Source of the DNA: an uncultured Candidatus Saccharibacteria bacterium
GTDB lineage: Bacteria > Patescibacteriota > Minisyncoccia > Phycocordibacterales > UBA12079
Direction of reading: 5' to 3'
DNA: 36,787 bases
Assembly: GCA_964459145.1 (NCBI GenBank)
Contig: CAYWKC010000004.1
Coordinates: 1 to 36,787 of the forward strand
This document shows, piece by piece, positions 1-7,747 of this stretch (positions within the stretch are counted from its first letter, which is position 1; each line of letters opens with the position of its first letter). The notes under the pieces were generated by a model that was not told the origin of the DNA, did no database searches, and saw only the letters and a program-made list of their open reading frames with translations. The position numbers and the translations under genes were made by a program.

Positions 1-1
1 C

Positions 2-373
2 GGCAACGTCGGCATCGGGACGACGAATCCTACCAGCCCTCTATACGTTGTCGGAAATGCTTACTTCACAGCCAATGTCTCAGCCCTCTCTTTTTCTGAC
101 AGAACTCCTTATCCTAAAGACCTCCAGACAGCTTATGCCTCTGTTCTCTCTATGCAAAGATTGCCCGAAGGACAATATGATGAACATAACCAGGAACAGC
201 AATTAGACCACTCTTTATTAACAGACTTTATTAAATCAGGTGAGGGCAGGGATTTGTCTGCGACTGTCTCAGCTCAAAATGAAGTGATTAAGGATTTGAT
301 TAAGAGAAATGAAGAGATGAAAATAAAAAATGAAGAATTAGAAAAAAGGATAACCGAGTTAGAAAACCGCTAA
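2..373 (+). CDS. 3' end of a large fibre/adhesin-like protein (GNVGIGTT repeat, possible divergent intramolecular chaperone, C-terminal coiled coil); truncated by the window edge
   Basis: Frame is open from base 2 (GNVGIGTTNPTSPLYVVGNAYFTANVSALSFSDRT...) and in frame with track ORF 152..373; ends in heptads (NEELEKRITELENR). Confidence 0.7.
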   Translation, partial: GNVGIGTTNPTSPLYVVGNAYFTANVSALSFSDRTPYPKDLQTAYASVLSMQRLPEGQYDEHNQEQQLDHSLLTDFIKSGEGRDLSATVSAQNEVIKDLIKRNEEMKIKNEELEKRITELENR

Positions 374-419
374 GTTTAGAAAAATCATTCTTGGTTTTCT
401 CTAAACTTAGCGGTTTTCT
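361..419 (+). terminator. Long hairpin overlapping the stop codon of the first ORF; probable intrinsic terminator
   Basis: Perfect 20-bp arms AGAAAACCGCTAAGTTTAGA (361-380) / TCTAAACTTAGCGGTTTTCT (400-419), T-rich downstream. Confidence 0.55.
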
Positions 420-429
420 TAGTTTGCTT

Positions 430-747
430 TATCTCTCGCATTTTGAGGAGACCTCCTCTTTTGAAAAAATACGAGAGATATCTTATCAAAAATGCGAGAG
501 ATATTTTCATTCTACCCTTTGTTTTAACCATATAATTTTTTGAATTTTCTCCGCACTAGTATTAGAGCCATATTTTGTGGAAACCACCAAGAAGTAGGAC
601 TGATTTGGGGTGATTAGAAGAGTTTGCCGACATTTTCTCTCAAAAATGCGAGAGATTTTTAGTAAAAAGTATCTGTTTTTGTCTGAAAATTTGGGGCTTT
701 TAGATATCTGTGGTGTAGTTTCAGTTTTTTAGAAAAAAGCGAGAGAT
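430..747. repeat. Five copies of an AAAA(T)GCGAGAGAT-type motif (one inverted, four direct)
   Basis: Copies at 430-446 (minus), 464-480, 486-503, 640-656, 733-747. Confidence 0.75.
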
Positions 748-797
748 TTGTGGCTATGCGATAGCCACAAATTTTGTGGCTATCGCATAGCCATAAA
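746..797. repeat. Two abutting hairpins TTTGTGGCTAT-N3-ATAGCCA(C/T)AAA
   Basis: 746-772 has a perfect 12-bp stem with GCG loop; 773-797 has an 11-bp stem with one G-T and CGC loop; the second unit is nearly the reverse complement of the first. Confidence 0.85.
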
Positions 798-945
798 TTG
801 GGAAAGGGAAATCGCTTCTCCTTTTTGGTTCTTTTTTCTTTTTTGAGTTATCCACGAGATTTGTTATTTTTTTGACAAAAATAATATATAATTAAGTTTG
901 TAATCTATGTTTAATTTAAGTTGAAGTAGTTTTAATTGGTCATTC

Positions 946-2955
946 ATGCTTAATAGTATAATTGAATTTATTCAGAATAGTGTGACAACCGTTATTGGTT
1001 TAGCTGTGGGAGTTTTGGGAGTGGGAGGGAGCAGTGTTCTGAATACTCAGACAGCTAATATCTCTGATACTTTACCAGCTTTGACTGAAGAAGTGAATGC
1101 GGTAGGAGGAGGAGGCGACGGCGAAGCCGTCGCCTCCTCCGACATCCCTGTTGAGACAGAATATTTTGAGCGAACTAATCTTCCTACAGCTGTTTTTACT
1201 CGTCCTACCACTGAAGAAAAAGAAAAAACTATTTCTTCTGAAGAAAACACTCCTGCACTAATTCAAGAAACTGAATTGATCCGTTCAATTAATCCAATTA
1301 AGTCAACTAAAAAATCAAAAGAAGTTGATGTCTCAGTTTTACTTAATGTGGATTTTGATAAGTTCAAACCTAATTTGAAAATCACAAAAATAACTGAAGA
1401 CAACAATAGTTTTTACAGTTCCTATCAGTTTAATTCTTTTGCTATTAGAAATAATGTTTGGCAAGAAGTTGTCAAAGAAAAACAAATTTCCGTTACTAAA
1501 ATTTTCTTGGGGAATCAAGATTTGGGAGATTATCTTTCCAGACAATTAGGAGAAGTGGTTGATAATGAAATTGTCTTTTTGAAAGAAGTTCAGACAATTC
1601 AAAAAGCCAAAACAAACGAAACCGAAGAAATTGTGAAAACTCAATCTCCAACGAAAGCTTCGGACTACAATGCTTTGATAGGTAAAGTTTTAAATGTAGA
1701 AAATGAACAATTTGATAATTATACTTCTCAAAAAACCCACCCTCAAACAACCACTTCCGAAATTTCCACCACCAAGACTACCACCACAGGTGTAGTAGAT
1801 AATGAAGCCCCTCTTATAATTATCCAAGGTAATAACCCAGCCTTAATTCAGCAAGGTAGTAGCTATTCAGATTTAGGCGCTCAAGTTACTGATAACCTTA
1901 GTAATAATTTAGGGGTAGTGATAGGAGGAGAAATGGTTAATACCGAAGAAGAAGGTTCTTACTTTGTCACTTATACTGCTACAGATGAAGCTGGCAATGT
2001 TGCTACGGCCACTCGGGAAGTCATTGTTTATGCTTATGATGTTGTGCCTGAGGTAGAACCTGTTGTAGAAGAAGAAGTGCCAATGATTGTTCCAGAAGTA
2101 GTGGTAGAACCTGAACCGGTAATTGAACCAATTGTGGAAGAAGTTATTGTTCCTGAAGAAACACCAGTAATTTCTCCAGTGGTAGAAGAAGAAATAACAG
2201 ACATCGCTACCACCACAGAAACAATGGTGGCAAAAACTCCTCCTGTAGAATTGATTAATAATTCTCTTAGTTCTACTGAAGTTATGGTGGAAACAGCCAA
2301 CGTGGTTGTGGAGAATGTGGTGGAAGGGGGGAAACAAGCGGGTAAGAAAATTAAGGAAACCGTTGAGGCAGTCAGTGAGGTGACAACAGTTGTGGCAGAA
2401 ACAGTTTCGGAAGTAACCACAGATACTCTGGAACAAGTTTCTGCTGGAATAGAAACAGTGGCCGAAGAAGTTTCTGCTTTGATTAAAAAAGTTAATTTCT
2501 GGGAATTAATAGGAAATGTGAAGTCAGCTTTGCAGGGAGGAACAAAGAAAGTGGAATCGGGTTTACAAGCAAGTATTTCAACTGCGGGTAATGAAGCAGG
2601 TGATATGTTTGAGACGATTGGAAAATTCTTTAGACCTATTACAGAAGGTTTCCAGTCAGGAATAGAAGTTTTGAAAAATGCTCCTAAAAAGGTCTTTGAA
2701 AAAGTTGGTTTAGAAAAAATCATTTATCAAGCTCCTGAAGGGGTCCTTGCTAACATTAGTGATTTTAATAAAAATTCAGATTTGATTGAAGAAGAATATT
2801 TTAAATCTCAAGAAAAAAGTTTTTTCAGTTTTGCTGTGGAAGAAATTAATGCTTTACCAAGTAAGCTTGCTGATAAAATCAGTGATTCATTGTCTGTTTT
2901 GACAGCGACTATTTCAAATACTTTTGATTTTTTCAAAACACACCGCCCTAAGTGA
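946..2955 (+). CDS. Secreted/membrane-anchored surface protein with DUF5011-like Ig domain, Thr-rich and Pro/Glu/Val-rich linkers
   Basis: N-terminal hydrophobic segment; DNEAPLIIIQGNNP...YSDLGAQVTDN...GSYFVTYTATDEAGNVATATREVIV is the DUF5011/HYR-like pattern. Confidence 0.7.
   Translation: MLNSIIEFIQNSVTTVIGLAVGVLGVGGSSVLNTQTANISDTLPALTEEVNAVGGGGDGEAVASSDIPVETEYFERTNLPTAVFTRPTTEEKEKTISSEENTPALIQETELIRSINPIKSTKKSKEVDVSVLLNVDFDKFKPNLKITKITEDNNSFYSSYQFNSFAIRNNVWQEVVKEKQISVTKIFLGNQDLGDYLSRQLGEVVDNEIVFLKEVQTIQKAKTNETEEIVKTQSPTKASDYNALIGKVLNVENEQFDNYTSQKTHPQTTTSEISTTKTTTTGVVDNEAPLIIIQGNNPALIQQGSSYSDLGAQVTDNLSNNLGVVIGGEMVNTEEEGSYFVTYTATDEAGNVATATREVIVYAYDVVPEVEPVVEEEVPMIVPEVVVEPEPVIEPIVEEVIVPEETPVISPVVEEEITDIATTTETMVAKTPPVELINNSLSSTEVMVETANVVVENVVEGGKQAGKKIKETVEAVSEVTTVVAETVSEVTTDTLEQVSAGIETVAEEVSALIKKVNFWELIGNVKSALQGGTKKVESGLQASISTAGNEAGDMFETIGKFFRPITEGFQSGIEVLKNAPKKVFEKVGLEKIIYQAPEGVLANISDFNKNSDLIEEEYFKSQEKSFFSFAVEEINALPSKLADKISDSLSVLTATISNTFDFFKTHRPK
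1108..1140. repeat. 33-bp GC-rich perfect hairpin inside CDS
   Basis: GGAGGAGGCGACGGC-GAA-GCCGTCGCCTCCTCC, 15-bp perfect stem. Confidence 0.9.
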
Positions 2956-2959
2956 ATTA

Positions 2960-3057
2960 ACCCTGTTAAATAAACAAAACAATTTATCAAAAAATATTTA
3001 AAACTTATCATGGAAAAACATTTATTAGAAAAAGAATCAAATCATATTTAACAGGGT
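2960..3057. mobile_element. 98-bp MITE-like element, copy 1
   Basis: Perfect 13-bp terminal inverted repeats ACCCTGTTAAATA / TATTTAACAGGGT; 97/98 identical to 5574-5671. Confidence 0.7.
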
Positions 3058-3059
3058 AA

Positions 3060-4139
3060 ATGGAAAATTTAAAAAAAATTAGAATAGCAATAAATGGATT
3101 TGGGCGGATTGGACGTGTTTTTTTTAGATTAGTTTTTGCAAATTCTGACCTTCAAGTTGTGGCTATCAATGATTTGGCTGATGAAGATAATCTCAAATAT
3201 CTTTTGAAATATGATACTTCTTATGCAAAATGTTCTTTAGACTGTGAAAAAGCTATTCAAGAAGTTCAATTTCTTAGTGAACCAGACCCTCAATATTTGC
3301 CGTGGAAAGATTTAACCATTGATGTTGTTGTAGAAGCTACGGGGGTTTTTAATACTTACCAAAAAGCTAATGCGCATCTTGAAGCTGGAGCAAAAAGAGT
3401 AATTTTAACAGCGCCAGTTAAAGAAAATTCACAAGAAAATCTGGGGAGGTCAGACCTCTCCAAATCTGGGGAGGTCCGATCTCCCGAGATGCCTGATTAT
3501 AATGTATTGGGAAAAACTATTTTGATGGGAATTAACGATGATGAATTAAAAAACTGTCAAATTAGTGCGAATGGTTCTTGTACGACCAATGCGGTTAGCC
3601 CTGTTTTACAAATTCTTGATAGAACTATCGGTGTTAATAAGGCTATTTTAAATACTATCCATTCCTATACTTCTACCCAAAAATTAGTTGACTCACCCAA
3701 CAAAAAAGATTATCGTCGAGGACGAGCGGGAGCGCAAAACATTATTCCCACCAGCACAGGAGCGGCGGTGGCTACAACTTTAGTTATTAAAAGGTTGGCA
3801 GGGAAGTTTGATGGATTAGCTTTAAGAGTTCCAACAGTGTTGGGTTCTTTGGTTGATTTAACTTTTGTTGCAAAAAGAGAAACTAGTTGTGAAGAAATCA
3901 ATTCAATTTTAAAACAAGCCAGTCAAGAAAAAAGATGGCAAGATATTTTTACCACAACCGAAGATTCAATTGTTTCTTCAGATACCATTGGAAACCCCTA
4001 TGCTTCTATCGCGGATTTATCTTTAACTAAAGTTATTGGCGGAGATTTGGTAAAAGTTTTAATATGGTATGATAACGAAATGGGTTATGCTAAAACCCTC
4101 ATTAAACATATTTTGGCTACAAGGGATTATCCCTGTTAA
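3060..4139 (+). CDS. gap: Glyceraldehyde-3-phosphate dehydrogenase (type I)
   Basis: INGFGRIGR NAD-binding motif, GSCTTN catalytic Cys, WYDNEMGY. Confidence 0.97.
   Translation: MENLKKIRIAINGFGRIGRVFFRLVFANSDLQVVAINDLADEDNLKYLLKYDTSYAKCSLDCEKAIQEVQFLSEPDPQYLPWKDLTIDVVVEATGVFNTYQKANAHLEAGAKRVILTAPVKENSQENLGRSDLSKSGEVRSPEMPDYNVLGKTILMGINDDELKNCQISANGSCTTNAVSPVLQILDRTIGVNKAILNTIHSYTSTQKLVDSPNKKDYRRGRAGAQNIIPTSTGAAVATTLVIKRLAGKFDGLALRVPTVLGSLVDLTFVAKRETSCEEINSILKQASQEKRWQDIFTTTEDSIVSSDTIGNPYASIADLSLTKVIGGDLVKVLIWYDNEMGYAKTLIKHILATRDYPC
3437..3490. repeat. Tandem dimer of the GGGAGGTCnGACCTCCC palindrome within gap
   Basis: AAATCTGGGGAGGTC starts at 3437 and at 3462, each followed by a complementary arm. 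Confidence 0.85.
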
Positions 4140-4267
4140 ATGTTTTCAAATTTAGTATAATTTAATTATTAATTAATCTTTAAATTTATTTTGTGTAGCT
4201 GTATAAAATTGTGGAAAAAAATAAATTTGAAATTAAAATTTGTTGCAACAAATTTTATTTAACAGGG
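4131..4267. mobile_element. TIR-bounded element (subtype B) between gap and rpiB
   Basis: CCCTGTTAAAT ... ATTTAACAGGG ends; internal perfect 24-bp palindrome 4234-4257; right ~50 bp resembles the right end of 33751-33881. Confidence 0.65.
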
Positions 4268-4273
4268 TAAATT

Positions 4274-4735
4274 ATGAAAATACTTATTGCTTCTGACCAT
4301 GCTGGGTTTGAATTAAAAAAAGAACTTATTTTATCTTTAACTGAATTGGGCCATGAGGTTGAGGATAAGGGACCTTTTCAATATGTTTCAGATGATGATT
4401 ATCCAGATTTTGTTCTTCCAGTTGCGGAAGAGGTTTCAAAAAATGAAAATATAAAAGCTATTATTCTCGGTGGTTCTGGACAAGGAGAAGCCATTGTAGC
4501 TAATCGTTTTAAAAATGTGAGAGCAGTGGTTTATTATGCTGATAATCCTGATGTTATTAAATTGACGCGTGAACACAATGATTCTAATGTGCTCTCTTTA
4601 GGAGCGAGATTTCTTTCTGTAGAAGAAGCTAAAGAAGCAGTTCAGCTTTGGTTGGAAACGAAATTTTCTGGTGAATCTCGTCATTCGCGTCGTCTCCAAA
4701 AGATAAATTTACTTAGTAACCGGGTTACTAAGTAA
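4274..4735 (+). CDS. rpiB: Ribose-5-phosphate isomerase B
   Basis: IASDHAGFELK, DDDYPDF, GGSGQGE, REHNDSNVLSLGARF, RHSRR. Confidence 0.95.
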   Translation: MKILIASDHAGFELKKELILSLTELGHEVEDKGPFQYVSDDDYPDFVLPVAEEVSKNENIKAIILGGSGQGEAIVANRFKNVRAVVYYADNPDVIKLTREHNDSNVLSLGARFLSVEEAKEAVQLWLETKFSGESRHSRRLQKINLLSNRVTK

Positions 4736-4826
4736 AATGGGGATAAGTCCAAAATAACCAATGTTTACAACATGATAACCACCTAGTTATTTAGTAACCT
4801 TACTTAGTAACCGGGTTACTAAGTAA
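4708..4826. repeat. Two full copies plus a half copy of the palindrome TTACTTAGTAACC-G-GGTTACTAAGTAA
   Basis: 4708-4736 (14-bp arms), 4800-4826 (13-bp arms), half site 4787-4799. Confidence 0.9.
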
Positions 4827-4834
4827 AAAAATAT

Positions 4835-5587
4835 ATGAAAAAAGAGAATTATGTTGCTTCCTCGGCGACCCATCGAAGAGGTGGAGAAAATATAGAAATA
4901 ATACCCGCTATTTTACCCAAAGATTTTGATGAATTGGAACGAAAATTGGCTCTTTTAAAAGATGTTTCTGTAATTTTAGGTGAACAAAAAAAAATGGTTG
5001 TGCAAATGGACATTTGTGATGGTTTATTTGTTGAAACTAAAACTTGGCCATATTGGGAAGGGGATGTTTTGGAAAAGTTAGCCCCTTTTCGTGATGTTTT
5101 TGACTTTGAAATAGATTTATTTGTTCAAAATCCTAAGAGTGCGATTTCAAATTGGCAAGAAATTGGGGCGAAAAGAATTATTTTACATATTGAAAGTTTA
5201 ATTGACCAGTCCCTAAGCGAACTGTTTATAGAATTAGATGTTCAAGCCACTCAATTTGGTTTTTCACTCAATTTGGAGACAGCCACAAAAGGATTAGACC
5301 AATATGTAAGAGATGCAGACTTTTTCCAGTTTATGGGAATCAATAAAATTGGTCATCAGGGAGAAAAATTTAATAAAGGTGTTTTGAAAAAGATAAAAAT
5401 TTTTCGTCAAAATAATCCGGATGTTATAATTTCTGTGGATGGAGGAGTTAATTTGAAAAACAGTCAAGACTTGGTGAAAATGGGTGCTAATCGTCTAGTG
5501 GTTGGTTCAGTTATTTTTGGGAAACATAATGCTGAAGAAATAGTTCAAATAATTAAAAAGTTTAGAAAAATTCACCCTGTTAAATAA
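4835..5587 (+). CDS. rpe: Ribulose-phosphate 3-epimerase
   Basis: IIPAIL, QMDICDGLFV, ISVDGGVN, GANRLVVGSVIF; adjacent to rpiB and transketolase. Confidence 0.88.
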   Translation: MKKENYVASSATHRRGGENIEIIPAILPKDFDELERKLALLKDVSVILGEQKKMVVQMDICDGLFVETKTWPYWEGDVLEKLAPFRDVFDFEIDLFVQNPKSAISNWQEIGAKRIILHIESLIDQSLSELFIELDVQATQFGFSLNLETATKGLDQYVRDADFFQFMGINKIGHQGEKFNKGVLKKIKIFRQNNPDVIISVDGGVNLKNSQDLVKMGANRLVVGSVIFGKHNAEEIVQIIKKFRKIHPVK

Positions 5588-5671
5588 ACAAAACAATTTA
5601 TCAAAAAATATTTAAAACTTATCATGGAAAAACATTTATTAGAAAAAGAATCAAATCATATTTAACAAGGT
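5574..5671. mobile_element. 98-bp MITE-like element, copy 2
   Basis: Identical to 2960-3057 except one G>A in the right TIR; AATT one base outside each end. Confidence 0.7.
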
Positions 5672-5676
5672 AAATT

Positions 5677-6573
5677 ATGGCGATTGACAACAAAAAAATA
5701 ATTAAAGATTTGGAAAAGATAGCGACAACTGTGCGTCAAGAAATAATTGAGATGTTAAGGCAAGCTGGTTCGGGACATACGGCTGGTTCCTTGAGTATGA
5801 CAGAGATTTTTGTAGCGATGTATTTTAATATTTTGAGACATGACCCCCGCAATCCAGATTGGGGAGGAAGAGACCGTTTAATTCTTTCTCATGGACATAC
5901 TTGCCCAGCTTTATATGCGGTGATGGCTGAAGCTGGTTATTTTCCAAAAGATGAATTACAAACATTGCGAAAATTCGGGTCTTCATTACAGGGACATCCA
6001 CACAAGGAATGGTTAAAAGGAATTGAGACGAGTTCTGGTCCTTTAGGATCGGGGCTTTCACAAGCGGTTGGAATGGTTTTGGCAGATAGAATCGATCATT
6101 TTTCTGACTTGGAAGATTTGGACGTCGGGTGTTTAAGTGGTAAGGAAAGAAAATTTTTTTATTGTTTAATGTCTGATGGAGAGATGCAGTGTGGCCAAAC
6201 TTGGGAAGCCCTGATGTTGGCAGGAAAAGAAAAACTTTCTAATTTGATTGCAATTATTGATAGAAACAATATTCAAATCAGTGGAGAAACAGAAAAAGTT
6301 ATGCCTTTAGAACCCTTGCGTGATAAATTAGAGGCTTTTAATTGGCAAGTTTTAGAAATTGACGGGCATAATTTTGAACAGATAATAGGGGCGGTAGCAA
6401 CAGCTAAGAGAACAACAGGATTGCCCTTTGAAGAAAATCGTCCCACAATTATTATTGCTCATACAATTCCGGGAAAGGGTTTTCCAGAATTTGAAAACGA
6501 TTATCATTGGCATGGCAAAGTTCCTGACAAGATTTCTGTTTCTGTAAAATTCACAGAATCCCAACCCTCTTAA
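5677..6573 (+). CDS. Transketolase N-terminal (TPP-binding) subunit
   Basis: GSGHTAGSLS, RDRLILSHGH, LQGHP, SGPLGSGLS, SDGE...DRNN TPP motif, WHGK. Confidence 0.93.
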   Translation: MAIDNKKIIKDLEKIATTVRQEIIEMLRQAGSGHTAGSLSMTEIFVAMYFNILRHDPRNPDWGGRDRLILSHGHTCPALYAVMAEAGYFPKDELQTLRKFGSSLQGHPHKEWLKGIETSSGPLGSGLSQAVGMVLADRIDHFSDLEDLDVGCLSGKERKFFYCLMSDGEMQCGQTWEALMLAGKEKLSNLIAIIDRNNIQISGETEKVMPLEPLRDKLEAFNWQVLEIDGHNFEQIIGAVATAKRTTGLPFEENRPTIIIAHTIPGKGFPEFENDYHWHGKVPDKISVSVKFTESQPS

Positions 6574-6598
6574 TTTCGGGAGGTCCGACCTCTCGAGA
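6574..6598. repeat. GGGAGGTCnGACCTC palindrome directly after the transketolase stop
   Basis: TCGGGAGGTC-C-GACCTCTCGA (6576-6596). Confidence 0.85.
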
Positions 6599-6614
6599 AA
6601 TATATTAAAGGAAT

Positions 6615-7691
6615 ATGAAATTTAAAAAAGGGGAACAAAAAAAAGTTTTCGTAGGTGCTTCGGGTGGAGTAGATTCTTCTACTGCGATGGCTTTATTAAA
6701 AAAACAAGGTTATGCCGTGACAGGTGTTTTCATCAAAGTTTGGCAACCTGATTTTGTAGAATGTCGGTGGAAAGAAGACCGTTTAGATGCGATGCGAGTT
6801 TGCGCATCTTTAGGCGTTGATTTTTTAGATTTGGATTTGGAAAAAGAATATAAGCGAGACGTTTTTGATTATATGGTGGATGAGTATAAAAATGGGAGAA
6901 CTCCTAATCCTGATGTGATGTGCAATAAAAAAATTAAATTCGGGGCTTTTTTAGATTTTGCAAAAAAGACAGGGGCAGATTATATCGCGACTGGTCATTA
7001 TGTTAGGTTACAAGCTGGACAGCTTTTAGCTGGAGTTGATAAAAACAAAGACCAATCATATTTTTTATGGACGCTAACACAAGCACAGCTTAAACATTGT
7101 CTTTTCCCAATTGGTGATTATGAAAAAACGGAAGTTAGACAATTAGCTAAAAAATTTAATCTTCCCACAGCTCAAAAAAAAGATAGCCAAGGTTTGTGTT
7201 TTGTGGGAAAAGTTGATATGAAAGAATTTTTAGAGAGATTTATTCCGCAAAAAAAGGGAGATGTTTTGAACGAAAAAGGAGAAGTAATTGGTCAACACGA
7301 TGGGGTTTTCTTCTACACCATTGGACAAAGACACGGTTTTGAAATTATAAAAAAAGGAACAAATGACAAACCTTATTACATTACTGCAAAAGATTTAGAT
7401 GAAAATACTTTAACGGTTTCAAACAACAAAAAATTTCGGGAGGTTCGACTCCCCGAGATTTTTAGGGGGGTTGAAATTGAGGAAGTAAATTGGATTTTGG
7501 GGAAAAGTCCAAATTTAGATAAGAAGTATCAGGCCAGGATAAGATATAGACAAGTTTTGCAAGATTGTGGTCTGATGGAAAAAAATAATGAAATCTTAAT
7601 TAAGTTTGAAGAAAATCAAAATGTAGCTAAAGGTCAGTCCCTTGTAATCTATGATGGAGAAATTTGTTTGGGAGGAGGAATAATTAGCTAA
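6615..7691 (+). CDS. mnmA: tRNA-specific 2-thiouridylase
   Basis: SGGVDSS, GRTPNPDVMCN, ATGHY, KDQSYFL, DSQGLCF, TIGQRHG, CLGGGII. Confidence 0.97.
   Translation: MKFKKGEQKKVFVGASGGVDSSTAMALLKKQGYAVTGVFIKVWQPDFVECRWKEDRLDAMRVCASLGVDFLDLDLEKEYKRDVFDYMVDEYKNGRTPNPDVMCNKKIKFGAFLDFAKKTGADYIATGHYVRLQAGQLLAGVDKNKDQSYFLWTLTQAQLKHCLFPIGDYEKTEVRQLAKKFNLPTAQKKDSQGLCFVGKVDMKEFLERFIPQKKGDVLNEKGEVIGQHDGVFFYTIGQRHGFEIIKKGTNDKPYYITAKDLDENTLTVSNNKKFREVRLPEIFRGVEIEEVNWILGKSPNLDKKYQARIRYRQVLQDCGLMEKNNEILIKFEENQNVAKGQSLVIYDGEICLGGGIIS
7429..7463. repeat. GGGAGGT-family palindrome within mnmA
   Basis: AAAAATTTCGGGAGGT-TCG-ACTCCCCGAGATTTTT, encodes KFREVRLPEIF. Confidence 0.8.
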
Positions 7692-7732
7692 AGAATTTAA
7701 TCAATAAATGATTACAAGTTTTTAATTACATT

Positions 7733-7741
7733 TGATATAAT
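7733..7741 (+). promoter_or_regulatory. Extended -10 promoter (TGaTATAAT) 6 nt before the ATG
   Basis: TATAAT 7736-7741 preceded by TGn; ATG at 7748. Confidence 0.6.
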
Positions 7742-7747
7742 AAAGAG

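Noticed and set aside
872-892. TTGACA and TATAAT upstream of ORF 946
   Set aside because: Spacing is 9 bp, incompatible with a single sigma70 promoter
374-945. oriC
   Set aside because: Only one imperfect DnaA box and no dnaA/dnaN nearby; kept only as an unexplained motif cluster
2960-3057. Canonical integron attC or dif site
   Set aside because: GTTRRRY and RYYYAAC are in the reverse order for attC, there is no long internal stem, no XerC arm at 6 bp and no integrase
4708-4826. Possible mini-CRISPR (two palindromic 27-bp repeats)
   Set aside because: Only two units, gap of about 64 bp including a half repeat, first copy is coding, no cas genes
4853-4890. GC-richer N-terminal extension of Rpe as another palindrome insert
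   Set aside because: Symmetry is too weak (CCTC...GAGG) to support, though the extension is atypical
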